Position numbers and translations under genes: made by a program. Shown one piece after another: positions 41,204 through 52,829 of a DNA stretch of 64,000 nucleotides (the stretch's first letter is position 1; the number at the start of each line of letters is the position of its first letter). The notes beneath the pieces were generated by a model. The model searched no databases. It was not told where the DNA came from and saw only the letters and a list, made by a program, of their open reading frames with translations. The stretch is from NCBI RefSeq assembly GCF_009914755.1, contig NC_060926.1; one strand, 5' to 3'. The DNA is from the human T2T-CHM13v2.0 reference genome, Homo sapiens.

Positions 41204-41685
41204 CCTAATATTGTCATTTTTAATGTATTTTTATGATGTCATTTGGGCTTATCTTCCAGACCACATTTAAATGGTTGGACTAGAGATCTGTTCAGTGGGA
41301 ATTTGCATGACTGGGAGGTGACTGAGCTGGGACAAAAAAGTGAGCCTAACCATGGGATGGTTTTGGGAGTCAAAACGTAGGTGCAGAGGCCCCTTTGCAG
41401 GCCAGTCCAGGGAACTGTCAGAAAGCATCACATCTACCTATCACATACCCTCAACTGCTCACTTCGGTGATGGGAAGATCCAGATCTTATGGCAGTTTCC
41501 CACATTCCAGTTGCTTTTCAGCTTCAGCCAAGGAGGTGATGGGATTTGTAGCTGATGCAAGGTAGCTAGTGGAAATCAAGACAGTTTGAGCCTGGCTCCT
41601 CTGCTTACGAAACATGTAAAAGTTTCTTTTAGTACACATACATTATAATCACTTTATTTTACCTAGGCAAATAACATTTGCATTA

Positions 41686-41908
41686 TTTTTTCATTTTATT
41701 TTTAACTTTCTGTTATGGAAAATTTTAAATAAATACAAAAGGAGAGAATACAATAAACCTCTATGTGCACATCGCTCAGCATCAACAATTACTAACTCAC
41801 GTCTGATTTTGTTTCATATATAGCAATGCCCATTCCTTTCCCAAGATTATTTTGAAGCAAGTTGTATTATTTTTTAATAAATGTTATTTTATCTCTAAAA
41901 TATAAGGC

Positions 41909-41950
<42 letters not shown>

Positions 41951-42545
41951 TGGAGTATCGCTCTGTCGCCCATGCTGGAGTGCAGTGGCGTGATCTTGGC
42001 TCACTAAAAGCTCTGCTTCCCGAGTTCAAGCGATTCTCCTGCCTCAGCCTCCTGAGTAGCTGGGACTACAGGCTCCCACCACCATGCCCAGCTAATTTTT
42101 GTATTTTTAGTAGAGACAGGGTTTCACCATATTGTCCAGGCTGGTCTCGAACTCCTGACCATGTGATCTGTCTGCCTCGGCCTCCCAACGTGCTGGGATT
42201 ACAGCCACCGTGCCTGGCCAAATATAAGGCTTTTTACGCAGCCTGTGTTTAGAGTTGTCTATTGTCAAATTTTGTCCAGGTTCTTTGAATAAAGATCCAA
42301 ATGAGAAACGTACATCCTAATTCATTGCTACATCTCTTATCTATTTTTAATCTACAAGGTCCCCTCACCCTTTGTTTCTCTCTTGCAGTTTATTTGTTGA
42401 AAAATCCAAGTTTAGCAGCATTTCTTGTATTCTGTGTTTTGCTGTCTGCATCTCTGTGTTGTCATTGAGCAAGTTTCTCTGTTTTCTGTATCCTGCAACT
42501 TGATTGTTAGAACTAAAAGCTTAATCAGATTTATGTTCACATTTA
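41686..42545 (-). mobile_element. L1MC4/5-like 3' end interrupted by an Alu
   Basis: ttatggaaaattttaaataaatacaaaaggagagaata..gattattttgaagcaa..gatccaaatgag..ttgcagtttatttgttgaaaaa. Confidence 0.7.
41911..42219 (-). mobile_element. AluS with a (CA)n tail
   Basis: Perfect 13-bp TSD aaatataaggctt (41898-41910, 42220-42232). Confidence 0.93.
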
Positions 42546-42671
42546 TTGATTTTTGTTTTTAAGAAAATGGATTTACAATGATCAATGATCATTTTTTCCA
42601 ACATAAAACATTCTTTGCAGATGACATCTTTATAACTCAATGTCAGAGAAAAATACTTTGAATTCCACTGT

Positions 42672-43230
42672 TGACCTAAGTGTCCATTAATGAATGAATG
42701 GTTAAAGAAAATGTGGTATACATACACAATAGAATATTATTCAGCCATAAAAAAGAACTAAAATCCTGCCATTTGCAACAACATGGATGGAACTGGAGGA
42801 CATTAAATGAAATAAGCAAAGTGCAAAAAGGCAAATATCACATGTTCTCATTCGTATGGAACCAAAAAAATTGAACTCATGGAAATAGAGAATTGAATGT
42901 TGAGGCTAGGAAGGGTAGTGGGAGCAGGGGATAAAGTGGGGTGATTGATGGGTACAAAAATACAGTTAGAGAGGATGAACAAGATCTAGTATTTGCTAGC
43001 ATAATAGGGTGACTACAGTTAACAATAATTTATTGTATATTTAAAAATAGCTAAAAGAATGGAGTTACAATGTTCCTAATACAAATAAATCATAAATATT
43101 TAAGGTGATGAATATCCCTAATTACCCTGATTTGATCCTTATGCATTTTATGCTTGTTTCAAAACATTATATGTATCCCATAAATATATACGACTATTAT
43201 GTACCCACAACAACAAAACTTTAAAAAACT
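42672..43230 (+). mobile_element. L1MA3/4-like 3' end, 5'-truncated
   Basis: acctaagtgtccattaatgaatgaatgg..acatggatggaactggaggacatt..gtacccaca; TSD aaaatactttgaa (42650-42662, 43235-43247). Confidence 0.88.
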
Positions 43231-43573
43231 TCAGAAAATACTTTGAAGGAAAGGGCAGACATCTTAATTCTCAAGCAGTGTGAAACTTAAAGTTTGTACA
43301 GTTCAACTTTCCTGCTGGGTTTAATTTTATTCTGTCATACTCAACAGATATTTTCAGAACAAACATTATTGTAATAAAATTTTATTTTCCCATCTCTCGA
43401 TTTGATTTAGGAATTCTTGACCCATTATGACCGCTAATGCCAGGAAGTTCTAATTTTGTTTGTATCATTTTATTATAGTTAGCTATATTTTTTCTATTAA
43501 CTAATTTAGCCTATACTTAGATATAATTAATTCAGATTGAATTCAAAGAAGGTTACTCTCAATACATTAAAAA

Positions 43574-43916
<343 letters not shown>

Positions 43917-45584
43917 TTAAGCATAAATAAGGGTTCTTCTCACTTGCTTAAATCAGAATTACTTGTAAGAATCCAACCATATGCAAAGTTGGCTTTAAAT
44001 TCGGTTATTCTCTTAAAGCTTTCCTTTTGGGTACTCAGTTCTTTCCATTGCTGACCTATTTTTTCCCCATACGTAGTGAAAAGGTCAGTGTGGTCAAGAT
44101 TTAGGTCTAAATTATCATAAATTATCAATTTATGAGTTCTCAACTCATCCAAATTACTTATACTTAGATATCTTAAAATGACACATACTTGTAATTTTTT
44201 TCCAGTTACAATTTGGGCCACTTTATGGTGGTAGTCTGCAAACTTTTTTTAAAAAGATAGAATATTTTAAAGTTTTATTTTATTTAAGGTAGATATTTGG
44301 TAAAAGGCCTCTGTATAAAAAAATTAATTAAGGCAGAGCAGCTGCCCTTGAATTAGTGGGTAGAAGCCTGGAGCTCTGCCCCCATAGACTCCTCTTGTCC
44401 CTCTGTTACTACTCTGATCACCTCACATAAATTCTAAATCTTATTGGAGACCATTTGAAAATAATGCCTTAAGATGTCCCTGAGCTCCATATTTCTCCAT
44501 TATTTATGGAGGGCCGCTGTGCTGAATATAAGAAGGAATAAATAGTATAGTTGGAGATGTTGGTGATCGGGTCGGCCAAAGAGACAGTAAAGTGCTTAAG
44601 GCTTTCTGGTTTTCTCTCAGTCCTGCTTTTCCTTCTGAATGTTTTCTTTACAGGAATAAGGAAACCTAACAGTGATACCTGGTTTTTAACTTCAGCTCTA
44701 GAGTTAATTATGAAATGTAAATTTGAGCTTGTAAATCTTCTGAGATATTTTATGTAAATTTCAAAATTAGTTGTGATTCAGAAATTCTTGTTTAATGAAA
44801 TGTTTTGAATGCTCTTTAATGAATTCATCCTGTAATGATCTAGAGAAAAACTCTATAACCTATTTATCACTGTGCATTGCGGGTTTAAATATGGAGTCTT
44901 TTGGTCAGCAGGCCCAAATTAAATTAAGCAACCTTTCTAATTAAGACAGAAATGCAGAGTACTTCATGTAGTCGGTGAATTATAAATGAAAAAGGATAAT
45001 TAAGTTTGGAGTTCATCATCTAAAAGTGAATTGGTAAACTTGGATTCCTCACAACTTGAATTTAATATATTTTGGATTCAGGCCTTCTTTATTTTCACAG
45101 CTACTCACCTTTCTTTCATTTTATAATTTCTCACTTGTCTATGAGTTCTTCTTCTCTAATTTATCCCAGATACCTATTTCTAATAAACTGTACCTTTAGT
45201 TCACAGGATTCTTACATAGGACTCTTTTTAGCTCCCTATAGACAACCATATTAAATTTAAACTCTTAGTCTAACATTCAAGTCTATGTCAATTGGCCCTA
45301 CATACAGATCTTAGCTTCCCTTATCATGGATCATGGACCTACTCTTCCATCTAGGCTGACATTCTTAGTGTTCCAGAGGTGAAAGTCAAAATGTTTAACA
45401 ATCGTGGTAGCATGGCAATTGTTAGATACTAGAACAGACACTAGTCAAGGTTAGATCATTCCTAGTTTCTAAGAAGCTGGGGTGGCCCAAGCATCAGGGC
45501 AATGGCTGGATATACCAAACAGACTGGAAGTCTTTCAGTATTTTAACAACTGGTGCAGTGGATACCATTAGCCAGTTCAAGAAC

Positions 45585-45842
45585 TGCCTCAGTTTAAAAG
45601 AGCTATGTCTTCCTGGGATGACCTATATTCAATGACAGATGGATGTGGGGGTTTAGTTCTAGACGCCCCATGGGATTGGCTAAAGCTGTCATTTGTCGCT
45701 GAATCACAGTTGGCTTTTTCTGCCCAATCCCGCTTCCTTCCCTTTTATTGCATAAGTGTGATATCAAGGCTCCCCACAGTGAATGACCTGCCTGCTAACT
45801 GCCATCTCACACTCTGCACCTCAGGAAACACAGCCTGATACA
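45585..45842 (+). mobile_element. LTR16A-like ERVL LTR fragment
   Basis: ccccatgggattggctaaag..ctgcccaatcccgcttccttccc..ccatctcacactctgc..cctgataca. Confidence 0.65.
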
Positions 45843-46645
45843 ACTGGTGTGTGGCAAAACCATGTCTACATATTATCTGGGCTGAATAGGATCCTGTGCA
45901 TGCTTTTAAAAGTAAAGAGTAGTATAACAAATAGGTGCTCAATGAGTATTTGTTGAGGGAAAGTTTCATTCTCTTAAAATAAAGCATCTTTGTAAGAAAG
46001 CATCTTCCTATTTTGTTGTCTGGTGATAACTAAATTGTCTCCCTACTAGTCTTTCTAACTTTGTGCTTCTAGCAGGAGACAATCTAAGATTGAAGACCCT
46101 AGTAACGTGATTAGGTGTGGTTATTCATGGCTACAGACAGCAGCTGCTGTCATGTAATCAAACACTTTATTCTTGAGAATTCTCCCAGTTGAGAATTTTG
46201 GGAGAACTAACAATTCTGGCATTTTAGCTTACTCACATTAAGTTGTGAACATTCTGTCATGGGGTAAATGCGTATATTCTGGAAGACATGTTCATTGGCA
46301 TTATCAAGTTTTTTTTTTTTCTAATATGAAAAAATGGAGTACAATCTGGCTGAGTTTTAAAGAAGTGGGGAGATATTATTTAAGCAGGGTTCTTCTCTGG
46401 AGGATCTGGTCTTTGTGGAATATGACTTAAAAAGATTCTGAGCACTCAGGTTATAGCAGAGAACAGCCAGCTTTGGGGAGTCATGGGAAGGAGGGCAAGA
46501 GGGGAAGAAATGAGTTGAAAACAGCAGTTACTTGGTTATAAATTTGCTGAGGACCAGCCTAGGGTGTGGGTATAGATTGAGAGTCTTAGTAAATAATTAA
46601 AAGAAATAGGAATATGTGATCCAAGCCTGGAAGAATAGGAATCAT

Positions 46646-46827
46646 CAGGGCCAGCTTCATGAACACGTGGACTCAAAAGAATTCCACACTCAGAAGGGTT
46701 CCATGTTCAGAAGGGCTTCATGCTGGGTTTAATGTTCTTCTGTCACCATCTTGAAATTATTAATCCCATTTTTATAAGCAGCTCCATATTTTCCTTCTGT
46801 ACTGCCCACCCCCCAACATTGTGTAGG
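46646..46827 (+). mobile_element. MER45A-like (hAT-Tip100)
   Basis: cagggccagcttcatg..cagaagggc..ggtttaatgttcttctgtcaccatcttgaaattattaat. Confidence 0.7.
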
Positions 46828-48049
46828 AGGTGTTAGATGTAATATTATAGCATCAGCTCTGCTCTGTGGGAATGAGTGAGACTCTGTCTCTGATGGACAA
46901 AGGCCATCAGAGCCACAGTCATCCCTGGCACACATTCAAATGTCTACTGGTATGGCAATTAAATGCCTAATCAAAGACCTGGACTGTCTCCTGCCAACAG
47001 GCTGTTATAATTTAATCCATAATTTTTCATCAGAAAAATGAGATGGGAAACTGCAGAAAGCCTAGCTTTTTTTCACTTAAGGGTGCCAAGGAAAACAAGT
47101 AAAGCTTTAATCTGTGTTGTCAAAACACAGGAGTATATCTCTGCTTCTCTTTAAGCAAAGAACATCAACTTTTTTTCAGGAGATGGCCAAATGCCATTTT
47201 TTTTTAAATAATCAAAAGCAAAATATGTTCAGCTTACGCTATTTCTACTCCTCTTTCTTTCTCATATTCTAAAAACACCTCTCTGCCTCCTCTCTGATGC
47301 ACTGGGGTAATGGGGACACTGTGCTGTTGGGGCCACTCCTGGCTCTCTGGATGCCTGGTCCTGGCCTGGATGCTCATGGAGAACTGTGTCCACAGTGTGA
47401 GTTTATAATATCTCACCTCTCTTCAGCATTTCAAGTGCTATGTTTTCAAACTATCTAATAAATGCTTCTTGAATTGAACTGGAACACGTTCATAAACATT
47501 TTAAGAGTCTCAACTTTCAGGAGAAACTCATCTAAGTTATGCTCAAATTACAGCCAAGGTCTATAAAGCAGCAACATTTTCAGACTCCAAAATCATTTAT
47601 GATTTGCCATCAGACTATGAAATAGTGTTCTGATAATTTAAAGCCCATCTGTCTTCTATTCCTTGGGGCCTTCGAACTTTTTAAAAATGCCTGGAGTTTC
47701 TGTTCGATGACTTCATACTTCAGTATTAAAAGGCTACATTTACTTTAGGCTCACTGGGAAGGGAGAGATTCTACTTCTTGTAGTTGTCCCAGCATCTTCA
47801 TTTGGATATATATTTTTTTCCTGATGAAAAAATGGAGAAAATAAGTCTCTTAACATTTGCTAAGGTGGCTTCTTCTTAGAAGATGTTGGTTATATGATAA
47901 AGATAAGGCAAGAGAGGCTGCTCTCATTCTTTCTTTAAAGAACATGATTGATGCTTGTCATTTATAGGTCCCTAGAAATAAAGAAAAGTAGCAAAAATTA
48001 TTTATTGATAGTTTGATCTTCTGGTTACCTAAACATTGTTGATCTTTTG

Positions 48050-48900
48050 GTAGTTTTATTTTCCGTTCTTTTTTACCTCTTGCATAGCTTATCATTTTTA
48101 TTAGCTACTTTTGATTATGGTCTCTATATATGAATTCTGTGTTCTATTCTTTCTATTTGTCACTGAAGCATAAGTGTTTTCATATTATAAATTATTTATA
48201 AATGTGTTTTTATATGATTAATCAGATTCATTAGGTTGATTTTCCAAGGTTATTATCCATGTCTCTATTGTTGGACACTTAAATTTTTCCAAAATTTTGC
48301 CACTATAAATAATCCCTCACTAATACACTTTTTTATAAAGTATTTTTTGCCTTCTCCACACATTTCAAGTGATTAGCTAAGAATTGATCCCCCCAAATGA
48401 TAATTATTGTGACAAAGAATGCTGGCATTTTAATTGGTTGATATCTTTCTTTTCATTTTTTTTTTTAGAGATAAGGTCTTGTTCTGGAGCCCAGGCACCA
48501 TTATGGGTCACTGCAGTCTCTAACCCCTGGGCACAAGGGATCCTTCTGCCTCAGCTGCTTGAATAGCTGGCACTACTGGCATCCACCACCCAGCCCAGCT
48601 AATTTTTTATTTAAAAATTTTTATTTTTGTAGAGATATGGTCTTGCTTTTTTCGCTCAGGTTGGCCTCGAAATCCTGATTTCAAGCAATCCTCCCACCTC
48701 AGCCTCCCAAAGTGCTGGGACTGCAGATATGAGCCACCGTGCTTGACCTAGTTAATGTCATTTACACTCATTGTCATATTGCAGTATTGTTGATTTACAT
48801 TTCCAACTATAAAATATGAAAATATCTCCTTTATAGAACACTTTTCAATTTTGAATATAATTTTTAAGTTTTGCAATTTGGTAGGTAAAAAGTGAATAAT
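48050..48900 (-). mobile_element. Degraded L1ME fragments around an Alu
   Basis: ctctattgttggacacttaaattttttcc..ttttgccactataaataat; tttgcaatttggtaggtaaaaagtg. Confidence 0.5.
48446..48748 (-). mobile_element. AluJ
   Basis: Diverged dimer; caagcaatcctcccacctcagcctcccaaagtgctggga. Confidence 0.87.
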
Positions 48901-49158
48901 CAAACAACAAAAAACCAAAAATCCCACCAAAAGCTGAATTATGTTTACATTTTCAATAAATGCAACTTCTTACAACATTATGCAACTCAGTTCTTTTGGT
49001 TTGAAAACTGACATTTGTCTCTATGGAGTAGAGAGGATCTGAAAAGAAGCATTGAAGAATGAGTACAAAGTGAACCCTCAGTGGTCCTTTGCACCTTTTA
49101 GGTGGTTAGAAAATATTGTTTATTGCTGCTTCCTCCAAATCTCCCAGGCCATGGTAGT

Positions 49159-49736
49159 TGTGGTAGCTTGCCGGCAAAATGGCTGCCATCAATTCCTTCC
49201 ATTCCTGTACGTGCTTACTATTCTCCCATTAAGAGGTGGAAACTATTTCTCCATCATCTTAAAGATGGCTGGCCTCTGATTGCTTTCACCAATATAATAC
49301 AGAAGAAGTGATGCTAGACCAGCTCCAGGCCTAGACTCTAAGAGGACTGGCAGTTTCTGCCTCGTTCTCTTGGAGTGCATGCTCCGGTGGAAGCCAGCTG
49401 ACTATAAAAAGTCCAAGTGTCCTGAGTACCCTGACTGTCCTGCCCCATGTAGAGAAGTCCATGCTTGACAGGTAGGAGAGAGTAAATGGAGAGATGCCGA
49501 TCTGGCACACCTCTCTCAGCTATTCCAGGCCAGGCACTAGACATGTGAATGTAGAAACCTCAAGCGACTCCTGCCTCAGCTGCCATCTTAATGCCTCTGC
49601 GTGAGATGCCAAATGAGGGTCGTCCCATAGATCCCCATCAATCCTCATAACTATGTGAGATAATAGCAAAATGATTATTATTTTAACTTCCTAGATTCTG
49701 GTGAGATTTGTTGTACATTCATAGGTAAACAGAACA
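49159..49736 (+). mobile_element. MLT1G/H-like MaLR LTR
   Basis: tgtggtag..aaaatggctgcca..aagaggtgga..ccaggcctagactctaagaggactggcagtttc..ataggtaaacagaaca. Confidence 0.75.
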
Positions 49737-49843
49737 GAAATCGAGGCAAAATAATAAAGGGAGTAAACCAGGTGTCATCACCCTTAGTAATTTCATGTAG
49801 CTTCTCCTGCTCTGGAATTTGACCATAAAACATATCCATTACT

Positions 49844-50233
49844 GGCTGGGTGCGGTGGCTCATGCCTGTAATCCCAGCACTTTGGGAGGCTGAGGAGGGC
49901 GGATCACTTGAAGTAAGGAGTTTGAGACCAGTCTGGCCAACAAGGTGAAAACCTATCTCTACTAAAAATATAAAAATTAGCTGGGCATGGCAGCACGTGC
50001 CAGTAGTCCCACCTACATGGGAGGCAGAGGCAGGAGAATCTCTCTTTTTTTTTTTTTTTTTTGCATAAATGGGAAATCCTTTAATTTGATAATCATTCAT
50101 TCAACAAACATCTACTGAGCATCTGGCAGGAGAATCTCTTGAGCCCAGGAGGCAGAGGTTGCAGTGAGCCGAGACTGTGCCACTGCACTCCAGCTTGGGT
50201 GACAGAGTGAGACTCCATCTTTAAAAAAAAAAA
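49844..50233 (+). mobile_element. AluSz-like, interrupted by an 81-bp retrocopy
   Basis: Full dimer; right arm broken at ggcaggagaatctct, which is duplicated. Confidence 0.92.
50044..50124 (-). pseudogene. Very short retrocopy of a polyadenylated RNA 3' end (L2 tail + ATTAAA + A18)
   Basis: Minus strand agatgctcagtagatgtttgttgaatgaatgattatcaaATTAAAggatttcccatttatgc-A18; perfect 15-bp TSD at 50029-50043 and 50125-50139. Confidence 0.85.
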
Positions 50234-50499
50234 TCCATCGCCTTTTTTTAATTGATTAAACTTGCTTTCAGAACTATCAGGGGATTAGAGAATTATATAA
50301 GTAATATCTCAAACTGGTTTCTGTTCCAATGACATATTTTAAAAGAAATCCAAACCTTTCACTCAAAAGGGCTTAATTCTAATCATGTGATGAGACATAT
50401 CTACCAGTGGAGGCTGTGGGAGATAGGATGGAAGGAATATTAAGGTCCATGTTTATAGAGAAATGTTCTAGTCCTATTCCATGTAATTTTTATGGGACT

Positions 50500-50985
50500 G
50501 TCATCTTAGCAGACCATAGGAATGGACATATGTTCTAAGCTTGGTCAATCATTAAAAGTGATCACCCAAGAGTGATTGGTCTAAGTGACATGCACATAAC
50601 CCATGCATGTCAGAATCCTTTTCTTAAATTCTTACATGAATACATGAAAGAAAAAAAGCTCTTTTTATTTTCCCTACTGGAGTTGCTAAATCCAGATCAG
50701 GAAAAACTGAATTATCTGACTGACATCAACCCTACCTGCAAGGAAGAAGCTTGCCTCTTGTAAGAAAGAAAAGACCAAAAAAAAAAAAAAAATACTTGGA
50801 ATTAGCACTGATAGATATAAATAAAAAGTCATGATGAATAATTTGTACTCCTGAATCCAGTTGTGCCTGAAGTGATTACCCCTTGACTTCCAAACTTTAT
50901 TAGTTAATACACCCTTTTTCCCCTTTAAGCTAGTTTCAGTATGGTTTTTGTTACTGGCAATCAATGAAGTGTAGGCTTATAGACT
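50500..50985 (+). mobile_element. MLT1K/L-like MaLR LTR
   Basis: agtgattggtctaag..cctgaatccagttgtgcctgaag..tttaagctagtttcagtatgg..ttactggcaatc. Confidence 0.6.
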
Positions 50986-51578
50986 AATGCATCTAATTAC
51001 ATCAACGGGATTTGCCTTTTTAAAAAAAGTTTTGTGAGACACACATGATGAATAATTTTTCTCACTATTTATATTGTAGGTAGCAACATTGATTAGATAA
51101 GTTGCAGTTTCAGCCATTTTTCTGCCATTACTACTGTAATTTCACACATATCTCTGAAATCCAAAAAAAATACTAGAATAAATGAAATAGAAATTCAGGT
51201 AGGTATAAGACAGCAAGAAAGACCACAGAAACAGATTCCTTGTGTGTTGGGTGAACATTTAGGACAGAATAGAAATTTGAAAACGTGATTCACTGAGGCA
51301 AAGTCTAGTTGTTTTCCAATGGCAGGTTAAATATGCCACTAATGTTTTTCCATAGGAAATTTTATGATAAAAATTCACACTTCATAAAGATTGAGATGGC
51401 AGAAATAAGCACCATAGATGTGGAGAGAGGTAGATAGAACTATAGGCCGGCTATTTCTCTATCCAGAATTAAAGTGACAAGGACAATGACAAGGGTGATG
51501 GCAGTGGGATAGGAAAGTTGGGAATGGGAGAGTAATAACAAAGGAAGAATTGACAGAACTTGTAGAACTTGGCAAATA

Positions 51579-51854
<276 letters not shown>

Positions 51855-52525
51855 TGGTGAATGTTTTTATAGGGATACATAACACTTTCTGCTTTCTTGT
51901 GGAGGGAGGCATCATTCTGGAGACATGCCATGTTTGAGTTATTGTGTCCTAGAAACTGGTCAAATTCTAGCTAGAGATTAGTTTGTCCTTCATTGGTCTG
52001 AGGCAGGTGACCCCACATTAAATTTCACGCTAACCTGCTCTATGTCAGGAACACATCATTTAGCATCAGGGTTACCTAGTTGAACACACTGAAAAATCTA
52101 TTTCCATTTCTCTGCCAACAGTTGTGAACATATTTTAATTGCAGCATGAAATCATTTTGCAATATTTCAACAAGGCAATTAAGTACCCCCTGAAATGCAA
52201 TACTGAAAGAAACACATGGGAGGAAGCCACTAACTCTTGATCAGCAAATGCTCCAATTTCTAGGCATGGTTTTGATGGGGCTACTAAAACCCTCTTCTTC
52301 TCTCTAAACCACCTCTGCATCAGTTAAGAGAGGTGGACAATTGAATCAACTTGGTAGAAAATTAATACTCTTCTCCCTATCCCACCTCCTATGCCTATTT
52401 CGATCTCCATAAAATTCTGAATGTACGCTCCTCTCCTGGACCAGAAACATTGCAGCTGATGTGAGTTTAAATCATGATAGGAGGGAGACAGAGAAAAAAA
52501 AGCAAGCGTGTGTCTTTGTGTGTTG

Positions 52526-52528
<3 letters not shown>

Positions 52529-52561
<33 letters not shown>
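52529..52561. repeat. (TG)n microsatellite
   Basis: Read directly. Confidence 0.95.
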
Positions 52562-52563
<2 letters not shown>

Positions 52564-52829
52564 TTACCAGGAGATACCTGAAGAATGCAATAGGCAAGCA
52601 ATAACCATGACATTCAATCAGGGATCTAGAAGCTTACCGACTGTTTGTACTGATGTCCAGAATTCAGTGTTAAGACTTGTCTGAAACTTGTCTGTAAGAA
52701 TGTGATGGGAAAAATGTGTGGTGCTTCTGCAAAACTATACCTTGTGAAGATAAAAGCAAATGATTACCAACCTGAGGATCAAGAAATCAAAGCCAGCTAA
52801 TACAAAAAGAAAGAAGAAGGTACAAGTTA

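Noticed and set aside
45370-45590. Possible hAT-like element with repeated tttaacaa(c/t) motif
   Set aside because: Could not assign termini or family confidently.
50093-50124. Independent L2 insertion into an Alu
   Set aside because: L2 predates Alu; the TSD, poly-A and ATTAAA show it arrived as cargo of an L1-mobilised RNA.
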